DNA from: Bacteroidia bacterium
Lineage (GTDB): Bacteria; Bacteroidota; Bacteroidia; NS11-12g; UBA9320
Length of the DNA stretch: 64,000 nucleotides
Direction: 5' to 3'
Assembly (NCBI GenBank): GCA_965216465.1
Contig: CBDCFW010000003.1
Span: 224,001 to 288,000, forward strand
Below are positions 8,420-19,062 of this stretch, one piece after another. The translations under genes were made by a program, and so were the position numbers. Each line of letters opens with the position of its first letter. The stretch's first letter is position 1. The notes beneath the pieces were generated by a model, which saw only the letters and a program-made list of their open reading frames with translations, did not search any database and was not told the DNA's origin.

Positions 8420-10912
8420 TTACTTGCTAAATCCTTTGTAAACTACACCTTGCTGTGTTTCAATTCTAAGCGAATAAACCCCGCTTGATAGTGCATTTAT
8501 ATGAAGAATAAGTTCTTTAGTTGAAGTGGTTGCAATTAAAGGAAATACCTGTCTTCCTTGAACATTAAAGCACTTTACCGATTTTATCGCTACTGGACTT
8601 TCAACTGTTATTTTATCTGTTGCCGGATTAGGGTATACCAAAACATCTGTGCTCAATAACTTTCCAACGCTGCCTGAGTAGCTAAACTTTGCTTTTAAAT
8701 TACGATCTTCCTCAGCTGTAAACTGATAGGTCTCATTGGTAGAGAATACGCTGCCGTCTTCTTCCCATCCTGCGAAGAGGTAGTTCGTTTTGCGAATAGC
8801 TTTAAGTGTAACTGTGCTTCCACAGTCTGCGTTACCGTCTCCTGAAACACTTCCACCAGCTACTGGGTCAACTACCACATTGATGGCATAAGTGATTTGT
8901 TTGTAGTAAGCCTTAATGGTATGATTGCGATCGATGTTGAATGTTAAAAAAGTATCTGTACCTAAAATATTTCCAGCTGCATCTTTCCAAGAATCAAACT
9001 CATAGCAATCGTTAGTAGTGGCAGTTAGTACTACTGTTGAATCGCATTTGTATGTTCCTCCACCAGAAACAACTCCAGCACCATTATGTGCTGCAGTAGC
9101 ATCAACGGTGTATTCAGCATATTCAAAGTGTGCAACCAAATCCATTGATTCTGTAACTGTTGTACTGTACGTTTCATCAGTTGAAACGGTATTCCCGTCT
9201 TTCGTCCATTTTACAAAGTTGTAACATCCTGCTGCGGTAGCGACAAAGCTTCTTACACTATCTACACTACACGCAAAAATGCCGTCCCCAGATGTACTTC
9301 CTCCCGCAACTGGATCTGAAGTGGTAGTAACGGTGTCCATTGCTTGAGTAAAAATGGCCGTAAATGTTCGATCACCTGTGGCAGTGGTCGAAACCGTTGC
9401 TAGATTAGAAAAGAGCGTATCGTCTTCTTCCCAATGCGAAAAGCTATAACACAAAGAACTAGCGGTTGCAGTAAGTGTTACTGCTGAATCTTTGAAATAT
9501 TGACCTCCTCCGGTAACCGTACCAGCGTTTTCGTCTTCGAGAAGTACATTCACCATATATGTAACAAAAGGAGATTCATAAGCTCCTATATCTGTTGTAC
9601 CTCCAATAATTCGATTCACTTCATTCAATGCAATGTTGTAACTCCCATAAACATAAGTGTTATTGCCTTGGTTTACCGCTGGAGAGCTCGAACTTAGATT
9701 GTAATTGTAAGATCCCAAATCAAATGGGGTAGAGGATGCTCCTGTTGCTGGACTAACAAATCCTGGATCCCCATAAATAATACCGGAACCAATTGTAATG
9801 GTGTCTTCCAATAAGCAATTCTTTATGGTTGGTTCTATAGCTGGAGGAAGATTATATAACTGTTTTGTTGCATGATTTCCATATACGATACAGTTGTATA
9901 CTGAGGTATAATCACTACCATATACCGTATAATTTGTTGAACTTGAGTTGTTCCAATTATGAGCAAACGTACATCCCGCAAAACGTTGTAGTTTAGTGTT
10001 TAGCGATGAACTGGTATAAATAGCGGCTCCAGTAGTGTGTGCATAGTTTCCAACAAATAAGGAGTTGTATACATACAAAGAAGACTCTGAACCATTGTCA
10101 ATAGCTCCTCCTCGTCCATTTGCTGCTTTATTCCCAGAAAATGCAGTACGATCGATGTAAATACTAGGTTGGAAGGATGATATAGCTCCTCCTTGCTTTG
10201 CAGTATTGTTACGGAAATCGCATTTTGTTATTCTTAAAGAACCCGCATTGCAAAAAATTGCTCCTCCCAAACTGCTTGATGTTCCTGCATTAGAAAGGTT
10301 GTTTTTAAATACACAATTTATAAGCTCTACGGAGGATGAAGACCCATAAATTGCCAAGGCTCCACCACGCATGTAGGTATAATTATCAGAAAACTCACAA
10401 TTCTCAAACTTAATTTTACCATTACTGATTCGGGCTCCGCCACCACCTACAGTTATAGAACCACCGATGATGTACGCATAGCCATTGCGAATTACAAATC
10501 CATCAACCACAACCTGGCTGGTGTTATTCGATAAAAACAATACCTGTCTTGAGTTATCAGTTGATGTTCCATTTGTTCCGATGTCTCCATCAAAGTAAGA
10601 CTGATTAGCAGCTATATCTCGGTCGTCTATATGACTTTCCGTTCCGGCGAAGCTTCCATAAATCTTTGCTCCATTGGGCAAGGTAATGTTTGAACTTGTG
10701 CCAGCGTCGTCGGGCTTGTATACTCCTGCAGTCATCCATATCGAGTCTCCAGTACTGTAGTGAGCTATAGCGGAGTCTAACGAGGTATAAGCGTCTGTCC
10801 AACTTGATCCATCTTCATTTCCTGAAGCCCCTGGATCTACGTAAATCACAGATTGAGCAAATAGTACAGACGAAAATAATAGTAGTAAAGCCGTAAGAGT
10901 GAGTTTGTTCAT
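8420..10912 (-). CDS. T9SS secreted beta-helix (GGAI repeat, choice-of-anchor Q-like) protein with Listeria-Bacteroides (InlB B-like) repeats
   Basis: DGSSW.DAY start; GGAI repeats; DIGAYE; four G.V.GGG.Y...VTL.A...Y.F..W repeats; YPNPA CTD. Confidence 0.85.
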   Translation of the reverse strand: MNKLTLTALLLLFSSVLFAQSVIYVDPGASGNEDGSSWTDAYTSLDSAIAHYSTGDSIWMTAGVYKPDDAGTSSNITLPNGAKIYGSFAGTESHIDDRDIAANQSYFDGDIGTNGTSTDNSRQVLFLSNNTSQVVVDGFVIRNGYAYIIGGSITVGGGGARISNGKIKFENCEFSDNYTYMRGGALAIYGSSSSVELINCVFKNNLSNAGTSSSLGGAIFCNAGSLRITKCDFRNNTAKQGGAISSFQPSIYIDRTAFSGNKAANGRGGAIDNGSESSLYVYNSLFVGNYAHTTGAAIYTSSSLNTKLQRFAGCTFAHNWNNSSSTNYTVYGSDYTSVYNCIVYGNHATKQLYNLPPAIEPTIKNCLLEDTITIGSGIIYGDPGFVSPATGASSTPFDLGSYNYNLSSSSPAVNQGNNTYVYGSYNIALNEVNRIIGGTTDIGAYESPFVTYMVNVLLEDENAGTVTGGGQYFKDSAVTLTATASSLCYSFSHWEEDDTLFSNLATVSTTATGDRTFTAIFTQAMDTVTTTSDPVAGGSTSGDGIFACSVDSVRSFVATAAGCYNFVKWTKDGNTVSTDETYSTTVTESMDLVAHFEYAEYTVDATAAHNGAGVVSGGGTYKCDSTVVLTATTNDCYEFDSWKDAAGNILGTDTFLTFNIDRNHTIKAYYKQITYAINVVVDPVAGGSVSGDGNADCGSTVTLKAIRKTNYLFAGWEEDGSVFSTNETYQFTAEEDRNLKAKFSYSGSVGKLLSTDVLVYPNPATDKITVESPVAIKSVKCFNVQGRQVFPLIATTSTKELILHINALSSGVYSLRIETQQGVVYKGFSK

Positions 10913-10991
10913 GCTACGAATGTAATAATATATGTGCTATGAATTAGGGGGTGTTTGATTTTTTTACAATTGGATAGAAACCAAATATAAA

Positions 10992-11414
10992 TTGAGCTTA
11001 AATAGTGAAAATAAGAGCTTTACTCATAGATTTGTGAGGGCAGATTTCGATATGGAAAATCTAGCAGAATTAAATCAAGCTTGGAAAGAATGGTTAGATC
11101 TTCATTCTCCCGTATCTAAGAATTTTCTGCATTTAAGTCTAGGATTACTCTTTTACATAGCTGCAATATTTACATTTAAGGGCAAATACAAGCAACCATT
11201 GTTAATTGCACTATGCCTCGCAGCACTGGGAAACGAAGTTTTAGATCTAGTGCTATACGGGATTCACAATTCAACCATTTGGGAAAGCATTAAAGACATA
11301 TACTATACACTAATTGTACCTGTATATTTTTATTACATCTTCGGTCAGACGCAATCCCAAATTAATGAAGCGTTAGTGAAACAAGAAATCAAACAAAATG
11401 GCCAAAGCGATTAA
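10992..11414 (+). CDS. Small membrane hypothetical protein
   Basis: Three hydrophobic segments; start uncertain (ATG 11052 possible). Confidence 0.55.
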   Translation: MSLNSENKSFTHRFVRADFDMENLAELNQAWKEWLDLHSPVSKNFLHLSLGLLFYIAAIFTFKGKYKQPLLIALCLAALGNEVLDLVLYGIHNSTIWESIKDIYYTLIVPVYFYYIFGQTQSQINEALVKQEIKQNGQSD

Positions 11415-11633
11415 GAGCAGAATTCCAATTCCTCCAGAGATACAGAACCGTCGCAATGTTTTCTTTCTGCGGTAGATTAAGTAGCCTATTCCGTTTATGA
11501 GGGCCACAAAGAGCAGTAAACCACATATGCCAACGGCCATTAGAATCAGCGTCCAAGTCCCTTCAGACAGCAAAGGAACATTTCCCCAAATGTCAGCCAA
11601 TATCCATGAAGATTTATATTTAAACAGGTTCAT
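11373..11633 (-). CDS. Two-TM hypothetical protein
   Basis: Hydrophobic ORF overlapping the stop of 11620..12459, suggesting an operon. Confidence 0.55.
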   Translation of the reverse strand: MNLFKYKSSWILADIWGNVPLLSEGTWTLILMAVGICGLLLFVALINGIGYLIYRRKKTLRRFCISGGIGILLLIALAILFDFLFH

Positions 11634-12459
11634 TGTTCAACCTTCGATTTCTTCGAAGATAAATGATCACTTCAATAACATTAGCTAGAATGAAGAGAAT
11701 ATTGATAATTAGAAATGGCAACCAGATGCTAAACACCAACGGTTTGAGCTGTTTTTGAATCTGTTTTGAAATCCATGCATCAACGCTATCCGTGCCTGAT
11801 CCTCCTTCGTTGTGTAACCAATTGTAAAAAGCTTTATCCAATTGATCTGCTTCAACAGCATCACCTAAACCTACTTGTTTCAAGCCTTCAGCAACAACAA
11901 AGAAGATGAAAGCTTTCTCCATTCCTTCAATTTGATGTACCAATTCACTTTTAGAATTCCTGAATAAGAATTTACCCATAAATCCTAGTCCATACTCTTT
12001 GCTCACGGCTTCAACCATGCCATCAGCCAACGCATGATTCATCTCATTCACTTTAGCTCCGCTTTCGTAAATGGTGACACCAGTTGCGAATACATCTTCA
12101 ATAAAAGCAACATCGTCGAAGTAGTTTGCTCTACAGAAATCCATGCTTTCAGAAACTAAAGCGTCAACTTCCTTCTTTATAATTTTGTTGCTGCCTATGT
12201 TAAGTGCTATGGTGGCTGATACTCCTATAACGGAAAGATAGAAACACGCCCTCAAAATAAAGTACAACACCTTTTTATAGGTTGCATCTGCATTTCGCTT
12301 GAACCAAGCCCTCTTTTTAATGATTCGCCAGAGAATGAAACATAGAATCATTCCGATTCCAAATCCAGCAAGTAAGTGTAAGCCAAGGGTTAGCACATCA
12401 CCAAGCAATACATGGGTGATAAATTTTAGAACAACATTTAAGGAGATATTAAAATCCAT
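11620..12459 (-). CDS. Membrane hypothetical protein
   Basis: 279-aa ORF with N- and C-terminal TM helices. Confidence 0.7.
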   Translation of the reverse strand: MDFNISLNVVLKFITHVLLGDVLTLGLHLLAGFGIGMILCFILWRIIKKRAWFKRNADATYKKVLYFILRACFYLSVIGVSATIALNIGSNKIIKKEVDALVSESMDFCRANYFDDVAFIEDVFATGVTIYESGAKVNEMNHALADGMVEAVSKEYGLGFMGKFLFRNSKSELVHQIEGMEKAFIFFVVAEGLKQVGLGDAVEADQLDKAFYNWLHNEGGSGTDSVDAWISKQIQKQLKPLVFSIWLPFLIINILFILANVIEVIIYLRRNRRLNNEPV

Positions 12460-12477
12460 AGCGGCTGTAAAAATAAT

Positions 12478-14289
12478 CTATTCCCATGTTTCTACTTCAT
12501 CTGCAATTGTGTTTATCCAGCGTCGAGCATCTTCAACCGAGATTACCTTATGAATGATTATAAGCCGGTCTACAAAGGCAGAAAGCTTACGCATATCATC
12601 AAGTTCACCGTGCATGTTCTTTCTAGCAAAGTCTATTTCGTGGTATTTGAGATATGTTTTGGTCTTTTCCAGATCGTAGTTGTTCATGTAGTCTTTAATG
12701 TAGCGTGCAATTTCTTTGTAGGTGTCCTTTACAATAGGGTTTAGATAGGTAAACGCTTTTTTAAACATAGGTCGAGCCCAATCCCAAGTAGCCTGACGAA
12801 GCTTTTCGCTCTGTAAAATTTCGAAGAAGGTTTTTTTCTTGTATTCTTCGAAGCCTCTTACGTTCATAGTGCTGTAATGAGAAACCATGCTTGATTTGCC
12901 AAGCTGTAGGCCATATGCAATACAAAGGGCGTTGAGGTTGTAGTACCTGTAGTAAGACTGCGGTTCCTCGCAGAATGCATTTAGTGAAAATCGTAAGACT
13001 TGTTCGATAGGAACAGCCACTGTGTCAAATTTAGGTTGCCATTTTTGATAAATTAAGGTCTTTGGCTTGGTTCTATTTTTAGTATCCCAATCATCCCAAT
13101 CACCCGAGCCATACGTAAAGTCTTCTAATTCTGAATTTTGATAGTACCACTGGTCCTCACTTCCATAGTACCAAACCTCTTCATCAAAATTTTCCTCTTT
13201 ACAATCATCTTCAATCAGCTCGTATCGTTTCTGGTTTTTTTGGATCAAATTTTGAAAATCTTGTTCACTTAATGTATCGACCCCTTTATCATGATAAATT
13301 TTATAGATATAGTAGTATCCATTTCTCTTGGTTAACTCTAATAAGTTTGAATTATCTGGTAATTCCCGAGGAGCTGAAGGAATATTCCATTGAACGGTAT
13401 CATACTGATGTTGTCTCGAGCTGTAAATATTTCCCGATGTATCCACATAGCCATGAACTTTGTTGTTTCCTTCACAATCAACAAAGTGAACAAAGCCATC
13501 GCGAATCTCGCTAACATATCTGTAGCTTAACTGAAGGATAGATTTTGTGTTGTAGTCTAAGATGTGGTACACTTTGTTTGAGTCTGGTAAGCAGATATAT
13601 CCATGGTTATATCCAGACCAGGAAGATGAAGAGTAGGGTCTGTCTGAAATTATAGTTCCTAAGGTATCTATGATGTAAAACGAAAAGTAATTGCTCGAAT
13701 CTTGTACCAGAGCCCTTCCATCTCTAAAATCCGATGACCTGTCTCCATATATAAGAGGAATAATGATCTCTCCTTTGGTATTGATGTAACCCGCTTTACG
13801 ACTTTTTTCGACCTTTATTAGTCCGTGATTGTCACTGTATCCAATACCGTCATAAACTTGCTTTGTAATTACAATGCCTTCATAATCCATCAGTCCAGCA
13901 CGTCCTCCTTTTTCAAATCCCAGACATTTGTCAAATCGATTTAATGAAGAAAATTCAAATGGCAAGACGGTGTCTCCATTAAAATTGAGAAGTCCATACA
14001 TATTTCCGTTGTATGCGAGCAATAAATTTTGGTTTTCTACAGGAAGCAGCCACCAGTAATCAAATGAGGTTAGGAGCTTTCCAGAAGGATTTAACAACGC
14101 ACTTTTACTCCATTGCTTGTTGACCACATAATAACCATCTTTCAAAGGTTTATGCTCTCTAAACTGGGGTTTAAGAACCACTGAATCATCATCACTTTTA
14201 AATCCATACAAACCATCATCAATGAACGGATAGATTTGGGCAAATAGGGAAGGAGCAAGGAATAGAAATAAAATTGTCAGTTTTCGCAT
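12478..14289 (-). CDS. WG-repeat protein with unknown helical C-terminal region
   Basis: Signal peptide; YGF, YGLLN..G, AGYIN.KGE..IP..Y...SDF.DG.A repeats. Confidence 0.8.
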   Translation of the reverse strand: MRKLTILFLFLAPSLFAQIYPFIDDGLYGFKSDDDSVVLKPQFREHKPLKDGYYVVNKQWSKSALLNPSGKLLTSFDYWWLLPVENQNLLLAYNGNMYGLLNFNGDTVLPFEFSSLNRFDKCLGFEKGGRAGLMDYEGIVITKQVYDGIGYSDNHGLIKVEKSRKAGYINTKGEIIIPLIYGDRSSDFRDGRALVQDSSNYFSFYIIDTLGTIISDRPYSSSSWSGYNHGYICLPDSNKVYHILDYNTKSILQLSYRYVSEIRDGFVHFVDCEGNNKVHGYVDTSGNIYSSRQHQYDTVQWNIPSAPRELPDNSNLLELTKRNGYYYIYKIYHDKGVDTLSEQDFQNLIQKNQKRYELIEDDCKEENFDEEVWYYGSEDQWYYQNSELEDFTYGSGDWDDWDTKNRTKPKTLIYQKWQPKFDTVAVPIEQVLRFSLNAFCEEPQSYYRYYNLNALCIAYGLQLGKSSMVSHYSTMNVRGFEEYKKKTFFEILQSEKLRQATWDWARPMFKKAFTYLNPIVKDTYKEIARYIKDYMNNYDLEKTKTYLKYHEIDFARKNMHGELDDMRKLSAFVDRLIIIHKVISVEDARRWINTIADEVETWE

Positions 14290-14385
14290 CGGTTATAGTC
14301 TTAACGGGAATTAGGTATTCCTATTATCTTATCTACAATATACGCTAGCAAGCAACGTTTTAATTCCAATAAGAGTCAAATCTAT

Positions 14386-15003
14386 ATGAAAACACTAAAA
14401 GCTACCAAGATTGGCATTCTGGCACTTTCCATTTTTTCGTTTACCTTTTTTGTTGGATGTAAGGATGATCCTCCAACACAATGCGATTGCGAGTATTTTG
14501 TTGGGTTTGAAGATTGGAAACTTGGCAACGTAGCGTTGCTGCCTGATGTCTACACCTCAGTTCACTATCAAGAAAGCGACATTAAATTCTGGGCTAAATT
14601 TGATTTGGGTGTTATGGATACAATTGCCATGAATATAGACAGCATGAAACTTGGTTCTTATGCCTTGGCCCCAAGTACCGGATGGACTACCGACGAATGC
14701 CTGAATTACGATGGAAGCATTTTAGTCTGTGGATTTGATAAAATTAAGGTTGACTTCGATGACATTCCATTTTCAAACAAAAAGGTTGAGTTCGATGTGA
14801 ATTTTGACCAATCTCACTGGCAAGCTAGTGCTAATCCCTTTGAAATAAATGGTAACGATATAAATACTATGCCTTCAGGCGTGACCATGAAAATAGATCA
14901 GTTGACCAACGGTTGCCACATAACCTTAGAAGGACCGATTGATTATATCGAATGGGATGGCTGGGAAACGGGCCACGATAATCTATGCGTAAATAAGCTT
15001 TAA
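14386..15003 (+). CDS. Putative lipoprotein
   Basis: Lipobox FVGC followed by KDD. Confidence 0.75.
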   Translation: MKTLKATKIGILALSIFSFTFFVGCKDDPPTQCDCEYFVGFEDWKLGNVALLPDVYTSVHYQESDIKFWAKFDLGVMDTIAMNIDSMKLGSYALAPSTGWTTDECLNYDGSILVCGFDKIKVDFDDIPFSNKKVEFDVNFDQSHWQASANPFEINGNDINTMPSGVTMKIDQLTNGCHITLEGPIDYIEWDGWETGHDNLCVNKL

Positions 15004-15035
15004 CCAACATGCTTAAATCTTCTTATATTTGAATA

Positions 15036-15188
15036 ATGATTATTTTAGGCACACCCAATGTAACATTAGGACTAGGAGCTACAGAAATTATCATAATTAT
15101 TGAGGCTCTCATTATTCTATACTTAGCTCAAAAACTGAACAAGGCCAATAAAACGATTCAGATATTGAGCAGCGATGAAGAAGAATGA
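15036..15188 (+). CDS. 50-aa single-TM protein with TatA-like N-terminus (not in ORF track)
   Basis: MIILGTPNVTLGLGATEIIIIIEALIILYLAQKLNKANKTIQILSSDEEE; TATATTTG box 4 nt upstream; ATGA overlap with next gene. Confidence 0.6.
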   Translation: MIILGTPNVTLGLGATEIIIIIEALIILYLAQKLNKANKTIQILSSDEEE

Positions 15189-15850
15189 AAGTCTTTTCCG
15201 GACAACCCTTACAACTTGTTGTAGCCGCTGCATTTGCATTTGGCTTGGCATTTCTCCTTAATCGCGATCCAATGGTTGCTGAAGGAGAGTGGTTTGGTTT
15301 AAGCACTGAAATGTGGTATTGGACCGCTTTCTTGGTTCCTATAGTTCATCAGATTTATGTTGCCGTTTGTTGGAGGCTGGAGTTGCACTACAAGAAACTA
15401 ACAAAATGGTTTGGTAAAAGAGGTTTTACGTTATACAAAATTGGTTTTGCCCTTCTTATACTGAGTAGACCGCTATCTATTATTGCCTTAGCCATCGCTA
15501 ATCAAGATACCCTTCAACTACCTTCTGCAGTTGCATATTTGTGTATTGTCCTATTGGCAGTTCCAGCAGTTTATCTGTTTTATTCAGTGCGGAAATACTT
15601 TGGGATTGACCGTGCTTTTGGCATTGATCATTTCAATCCCGAAGAAGCCAGCAAACAACCTATGGTTAAAGAAGGAATTTTTAAGTTGACCAGCAATGGT
15701 ATGTATGTTTACGGATTTCTCGCACTTTACATTCCTGGATTTATTTGGTACTCAAAAGCCGCTTTGATTCTTGCTCTGTACAACCATCTCTATATCTGGA
15801 CACACTATTACTGCACAGAACGTCCCGATATGGAGCACATCTACAAATAG
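15185..15850 (+). CDS. Phospholipid methyltransferase (PEMT/ICMT-like) membrane protein
   Basis: GIDRAFGIDHF...VKEGIFK..SNGMY...TERPDM pattern. Confidence 0.7.
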   Translation: MKVFSGQPLQLVVAAAFAFGLAFLLNRDPMVAEGEWFGLSTEMWYWTAFLVPIVHQIYVAVCWRLELHYKKLTKWFGKRGFTLYKIGFALLILSRPLSIIALAIANQDTLQLPSAVAYLCIVLLAVPAVYLFYSVRKYFGIDRAFGIDHFNPEEASKQPMVKEGIFKLTSNGMYVYGFLALYIPGFIWYSKAALILALYNHLYIWTHYYCTERPDMEHIYK

Positions 15851-15952
15851 GTCTAAAGTAGGTAGATATAAAATCAGTATAATTTAACATTAAAAATTGT
15901 CTCGCATCGGACAAATTGTGCTATATTTCGGCCATTAAATAAAGATCCGAAA

Positions 15953-16282
15953 ATGGCAAAATTTGAAATTTACAAAGACAAAAGAGGAGAGTTTAGATTT
16001 AGACTGAAAGCTGGAAACGGTCAGACTATTTTGACAGGCGAAGGTTACAAGGCTAAATCAGGCTGTATGAATGGAATTGAATCAATCAGAAAGAACTCAC
16101 AAGACGACGGAAACTTCGATCGTTTAGAGTCTAAAAAAGGTGATCCATATTTCAACTTAAAAGCAGGCAATGGACAAGTAATCGGAAACAGCGAGATGTA
16201 TTCTTCTTCAAGTGCAATGGAAAACGGAATTGAGTCTGTTAAAAAGAATGCACCTGAAGCATCTATTGACGACATAAGCTAA
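15953..16282 (+). CDS. yegP: YegP family protein (tandem DUF1508)
   Basis: Two F.LKAGNGQ.I...E.Y......NGIES repeats. Confidence 0.9.
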   Translation: MAKFEIYKDKRGEFRFRLKAGNGQTILTGEGYKAKSGCMNGIESIRKNSQDDGNFDRLESKKGDPYFNLKAGNGQVIGNSEMYSSSSAMENGIESVKKNAPEASIDDIS

Positions 16283-16347
16283 ATCTGAACATTAAGTTAT
16301 TTCAATTAACTAATCCCCGCAGTTGATTACTCTACATACTAATTGGA

Positions 16348-17049
16348 TTATTCCAGTTTTACAATTCTTTCATTTCTGATATCATAGATTAACCGATAAG
16401 GCTCGGACTTTAATGGTATAAACCGAAAATGTATGTGCTCCTTTGTCATCCGGATTTGAGGTTCGTAAGCCACACTATCACTTGTAAATAAGCAACACGG
16501 AACGGTATTAACCGTATCTTGAACTATTTCCATAATTGTAATAGAATAGATGTTCGGAAATAAAACACTTCTACACCCACTCTCCATTAATATGGTGTCC
16601 GAATAGATGTATCCAGCCTCATCAATTTTAATGAGGTATTTCACATGCTTTTCAATGTTAAGGAGTTTCGGTTGAATGCGAAGCTGAAAGCGTCCAGAAC
16701 GAGGCTGTGCCTGAACATCGAAATAGTTGCAGCACGTGTTGTAAGATAAGCAGTACGACTTTTTGGGCTCTATTTGCATCAATAAGGTATCTATCGGGGC
16801 GTTTTTACTGGCTCGATAGTACAATGTATCGAGATAGGAGTGTTTTTCGTATGCAAACTGGTTGACTGTAAAATCAAAAGTATCTCCATTGGCGATCCAA
16901 AATTGTCCCTTCATATAACCCGGTAAACTGTCGATGGTGTCGCTATGGTTACTGTAGATATATCTCGGACTGATATCGAATACCGCTTTCTGGGCATGGG
17001 CCGCATTGTAATAAAGTACAAGAGCAAATAAGACAGTCAGATTTTTCAT
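16348..17049 (-). CDS. Secreted hypothetical protein
   Basis: Signal peptide ending AHA-Q. Confidence 0.7.
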   Translation of the reverse strand: MKNLTVLFALVLYYNAAHAQKAVFDISPRYIYSNHSDTIDSLPGYMKGQFWIANGDTFDFTVNQFAYEKHSYLDTLYYRASKNAPIDTLLMQIEPKKSYCLSYNTCCNYFDVQAQPRSGRFQLRIQPKLLNIEKHVKYLIKIDEAGYIYSDTILMESGCRSVLFPNIYSITIMEIVQDTVNTVPCCLFTSDSVAYEPQIRMTKEHIHFRFIPLKSEPYRLIYDIRNERIVKLE

Positions 17050-17197
17050 AATCTGGTATAATAACTAATTATGCTAGTCATTAACTGCTTAGCAGCGCAA
17101 AACAGTTCATACATCTAAAATATTACTTGGTAGTAATTGTACTACAAATTGAGTTAAACAGCCCGCTAGCTTTGCAGTTCACTTATTACTTATTACT

Positions 17198-17800
17198 TTG
17201 ACTAAAATACACTTATTACTAGTTCTACTTGGCGTTTTAATGCTTTTTACCCAAGATTTGAAAGCACAACAACCTGAATTAATTATAGAAGCTACGGTTC
17301 GAAGCAAGCAGGCTTCAACCAAAAAGAGTATGCTATGCTTTAAAGAAGATATAAAGAAGCACTCTTTGCATTATATCTGGGACAGTATTACCAATCAATT
17401 GATTGCTAATCAGTACAGCACCGAACAGATTCAGACAATTACTAAAGACCGGAAAAGAACCAGACACAAACTGCGAAAGGATGAGATTCGATGGAAGAAA
17501 GCAATAACATCAAATCAACTTAATAAAATTTATCAGACATTCACAACAGACCGACTGGATATTGAGAAATCTCTGATTGTCAATAAGAAGGCTTACCAGC
17601 ATACGACATGGAATATCTATTTGAAATACAATGGAGAAGTTATTCAATTGATGAAATCCAATCCGCATAGCGATAAAACTCCTTGGACCACCCATGATAA
17701 TGGTTATGTACTGAATCCTGAAATTGAAGAAGTATTGCTGGAGCTATTGCCAAGTGATTTTTTACTTCGTAACGAATTGCTTCTGGCGAAAGGAGGGTAG
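17198..17800 (+). CDS. Secreted hypothetical protein
   Basis: Signal peptide ending LKA-Q; TTG start. Confidence 0.65.
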   Translation: MTKIHLLLVLLGVLMLFTQDLKAQQPELIIEATVRSKQASTKKSMLCFKEDIKKHSLHYIWDSITNQLIANQYSTEQIQTITKDRKRTRHKLRKDEIRWKKAITSNQLNKIYQTFTTDRLDIEKSLIVNKKAYQHTTWNIYLKYNGEVIQLMKSNPHSDKTPWTTHDNGYVLNPEIEEVLLELLPSDFLLRNELLLAKGG

Positions 17801-17875
17801 GAGGATAGCACTTAGGGATTAAGTGTATTGTGGCTTTAGACTGAATGGTCAGCAATTTTCCGTAAATTCGGAAGC

Positions 17876-18739
17876 ATGAAGCCAACCTCTAAATTACTAG
17901 CAGCAATACTTGTTATAACGATTGCCTCATGCTTTGAAGCAAAACCTAAAATCAATTTTGGTGATGGATTATCGGTGTTGAAGGATACGACCTTTGTGCT
18001 TGATAATTTAAATATAACACCTCAAGACAAAGGCATACTTATTGAAGACTTGGGAGGAGTTAATTGTGCAAATTGTCCCACCGCTGCACGAAGAGCTCAA
18101 GAAATAAAAGATGACTATCCAAAAAGAGTTGTTGTGGCCGCGTTGTATCCCAATGTCATGCCATTTGCTTATCGCTTAAACCCAAAGGACACCTTAGATA
18201 CTCCCGAAGCAACGGATGTGTTTCTGGAAATTTATGGGGGAGGAGGTCTGCCAGCTGGATCCGTTAACCGAAAAAGATTTCCTGGGCAAACTGCCTTTAC
18301 TTCACTTTCGTCCAAATGGCGAAATTTGACTGAACAAGAATTACCACTTAAATCCAGGATTAATATTGAGGCAGCAACTGTAAAGGAAAACGAGTCAATT
18401 TATGTTCTAAATGTGAAGTTTACTGCTAGTGAAACGGTTGATAATAAGTTGTTTATATCTATAATGTTACTCGAAGATGGTATAAATACAACTCAAGCTG
18501 ATGGATCAATTAAAGACCCTAACTACATCCACAACCATGTGTTAAGAAAGATGTATACTGCATATGACGGAGACTTGTTATATGATTCTCCAGAGAAAGG
18601 TCGTGTCATTGAACGTCGCATTGAAATTCCGATTCCTCAGAATGTGGATCCTTCTAAAGCAAGCATAGTTGTATTCGTAAATGAGAATACGGCTGAGTCT
18701 CGTGAAGTGCTCAATGTAAAAGAGATCAAGCTAAACTAA
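17876..18739 (+). CDS. Omp28-related outer membrane lipoprotein
   Basis: Lipobox IASC; LIEDLGGVNCANCP; HNHVLR motif. Confidence 0.85.
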   Translation: MKPTSKLLAAILVITIASCFEAKPKINFGDGLSVLKDTTFVLDNLNITPQDKGILIEDLGGVNCANCPTAARRAQEIKDDYPKRVVVAALYPNVMPFAYRLNPKDTLDTPEATDVFLEIYGGGGLPAGSVNRKRFPGQTAFTSLSSKWRNLTEQELPLKSRINIEAATVKENESIYVLNVKFTASETVDNKLFISIMLLEDGINTTQADGSIKDPNYIHNHVLRKMYTAYDGDLLYDSPEKGRVIERRIEIPIPQNVDPSKASIVVFVNENTAESREVLNVKEIKLN

Positions 18740-19020
18740 TGTTAGAAATTAGAACCAACTGCGAGAATTGCAACAAGCCACTGCCAAACGAAAGTACCGA
18801 GGCTATGATTTGCACATATGAATGTACATTTTGTGTAACCTGTGTTGATGAGGTTCTGCATAATGTTTGTCCAAACTGTGGTGGAGGATTTGAGAAAAGA
18901 CCGATACGGCCAAGTGCAGAAATAGTAAAGAATCCTGCTTCTCAAAAACACATATTAAAGCCTGTACAACACAACAAGTATTTAGTTCGGTTTAGAGGAG
19001 TGTCTCCAAAAGATAGGTAA
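18739..19020 (+). CDS. DUF1272 family protein
   Basis: MLEIR.NCE.C...AMICTYECTFC..C...CPNCGG. Confidence 0.9.
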   Translation: MLEIRTNCENCNKPLPNESTEAMICTYECTFCVTCVDEVLHNVCPNCGGGFEKRPIRPSAEIVKNPASQKHILKPVQHNKYLVRFRGVSPKDR

Positions 19021-19062
19021 ATTTAGCGTTTAATTTACACCAACTCGCCACTTTGTTAATGA

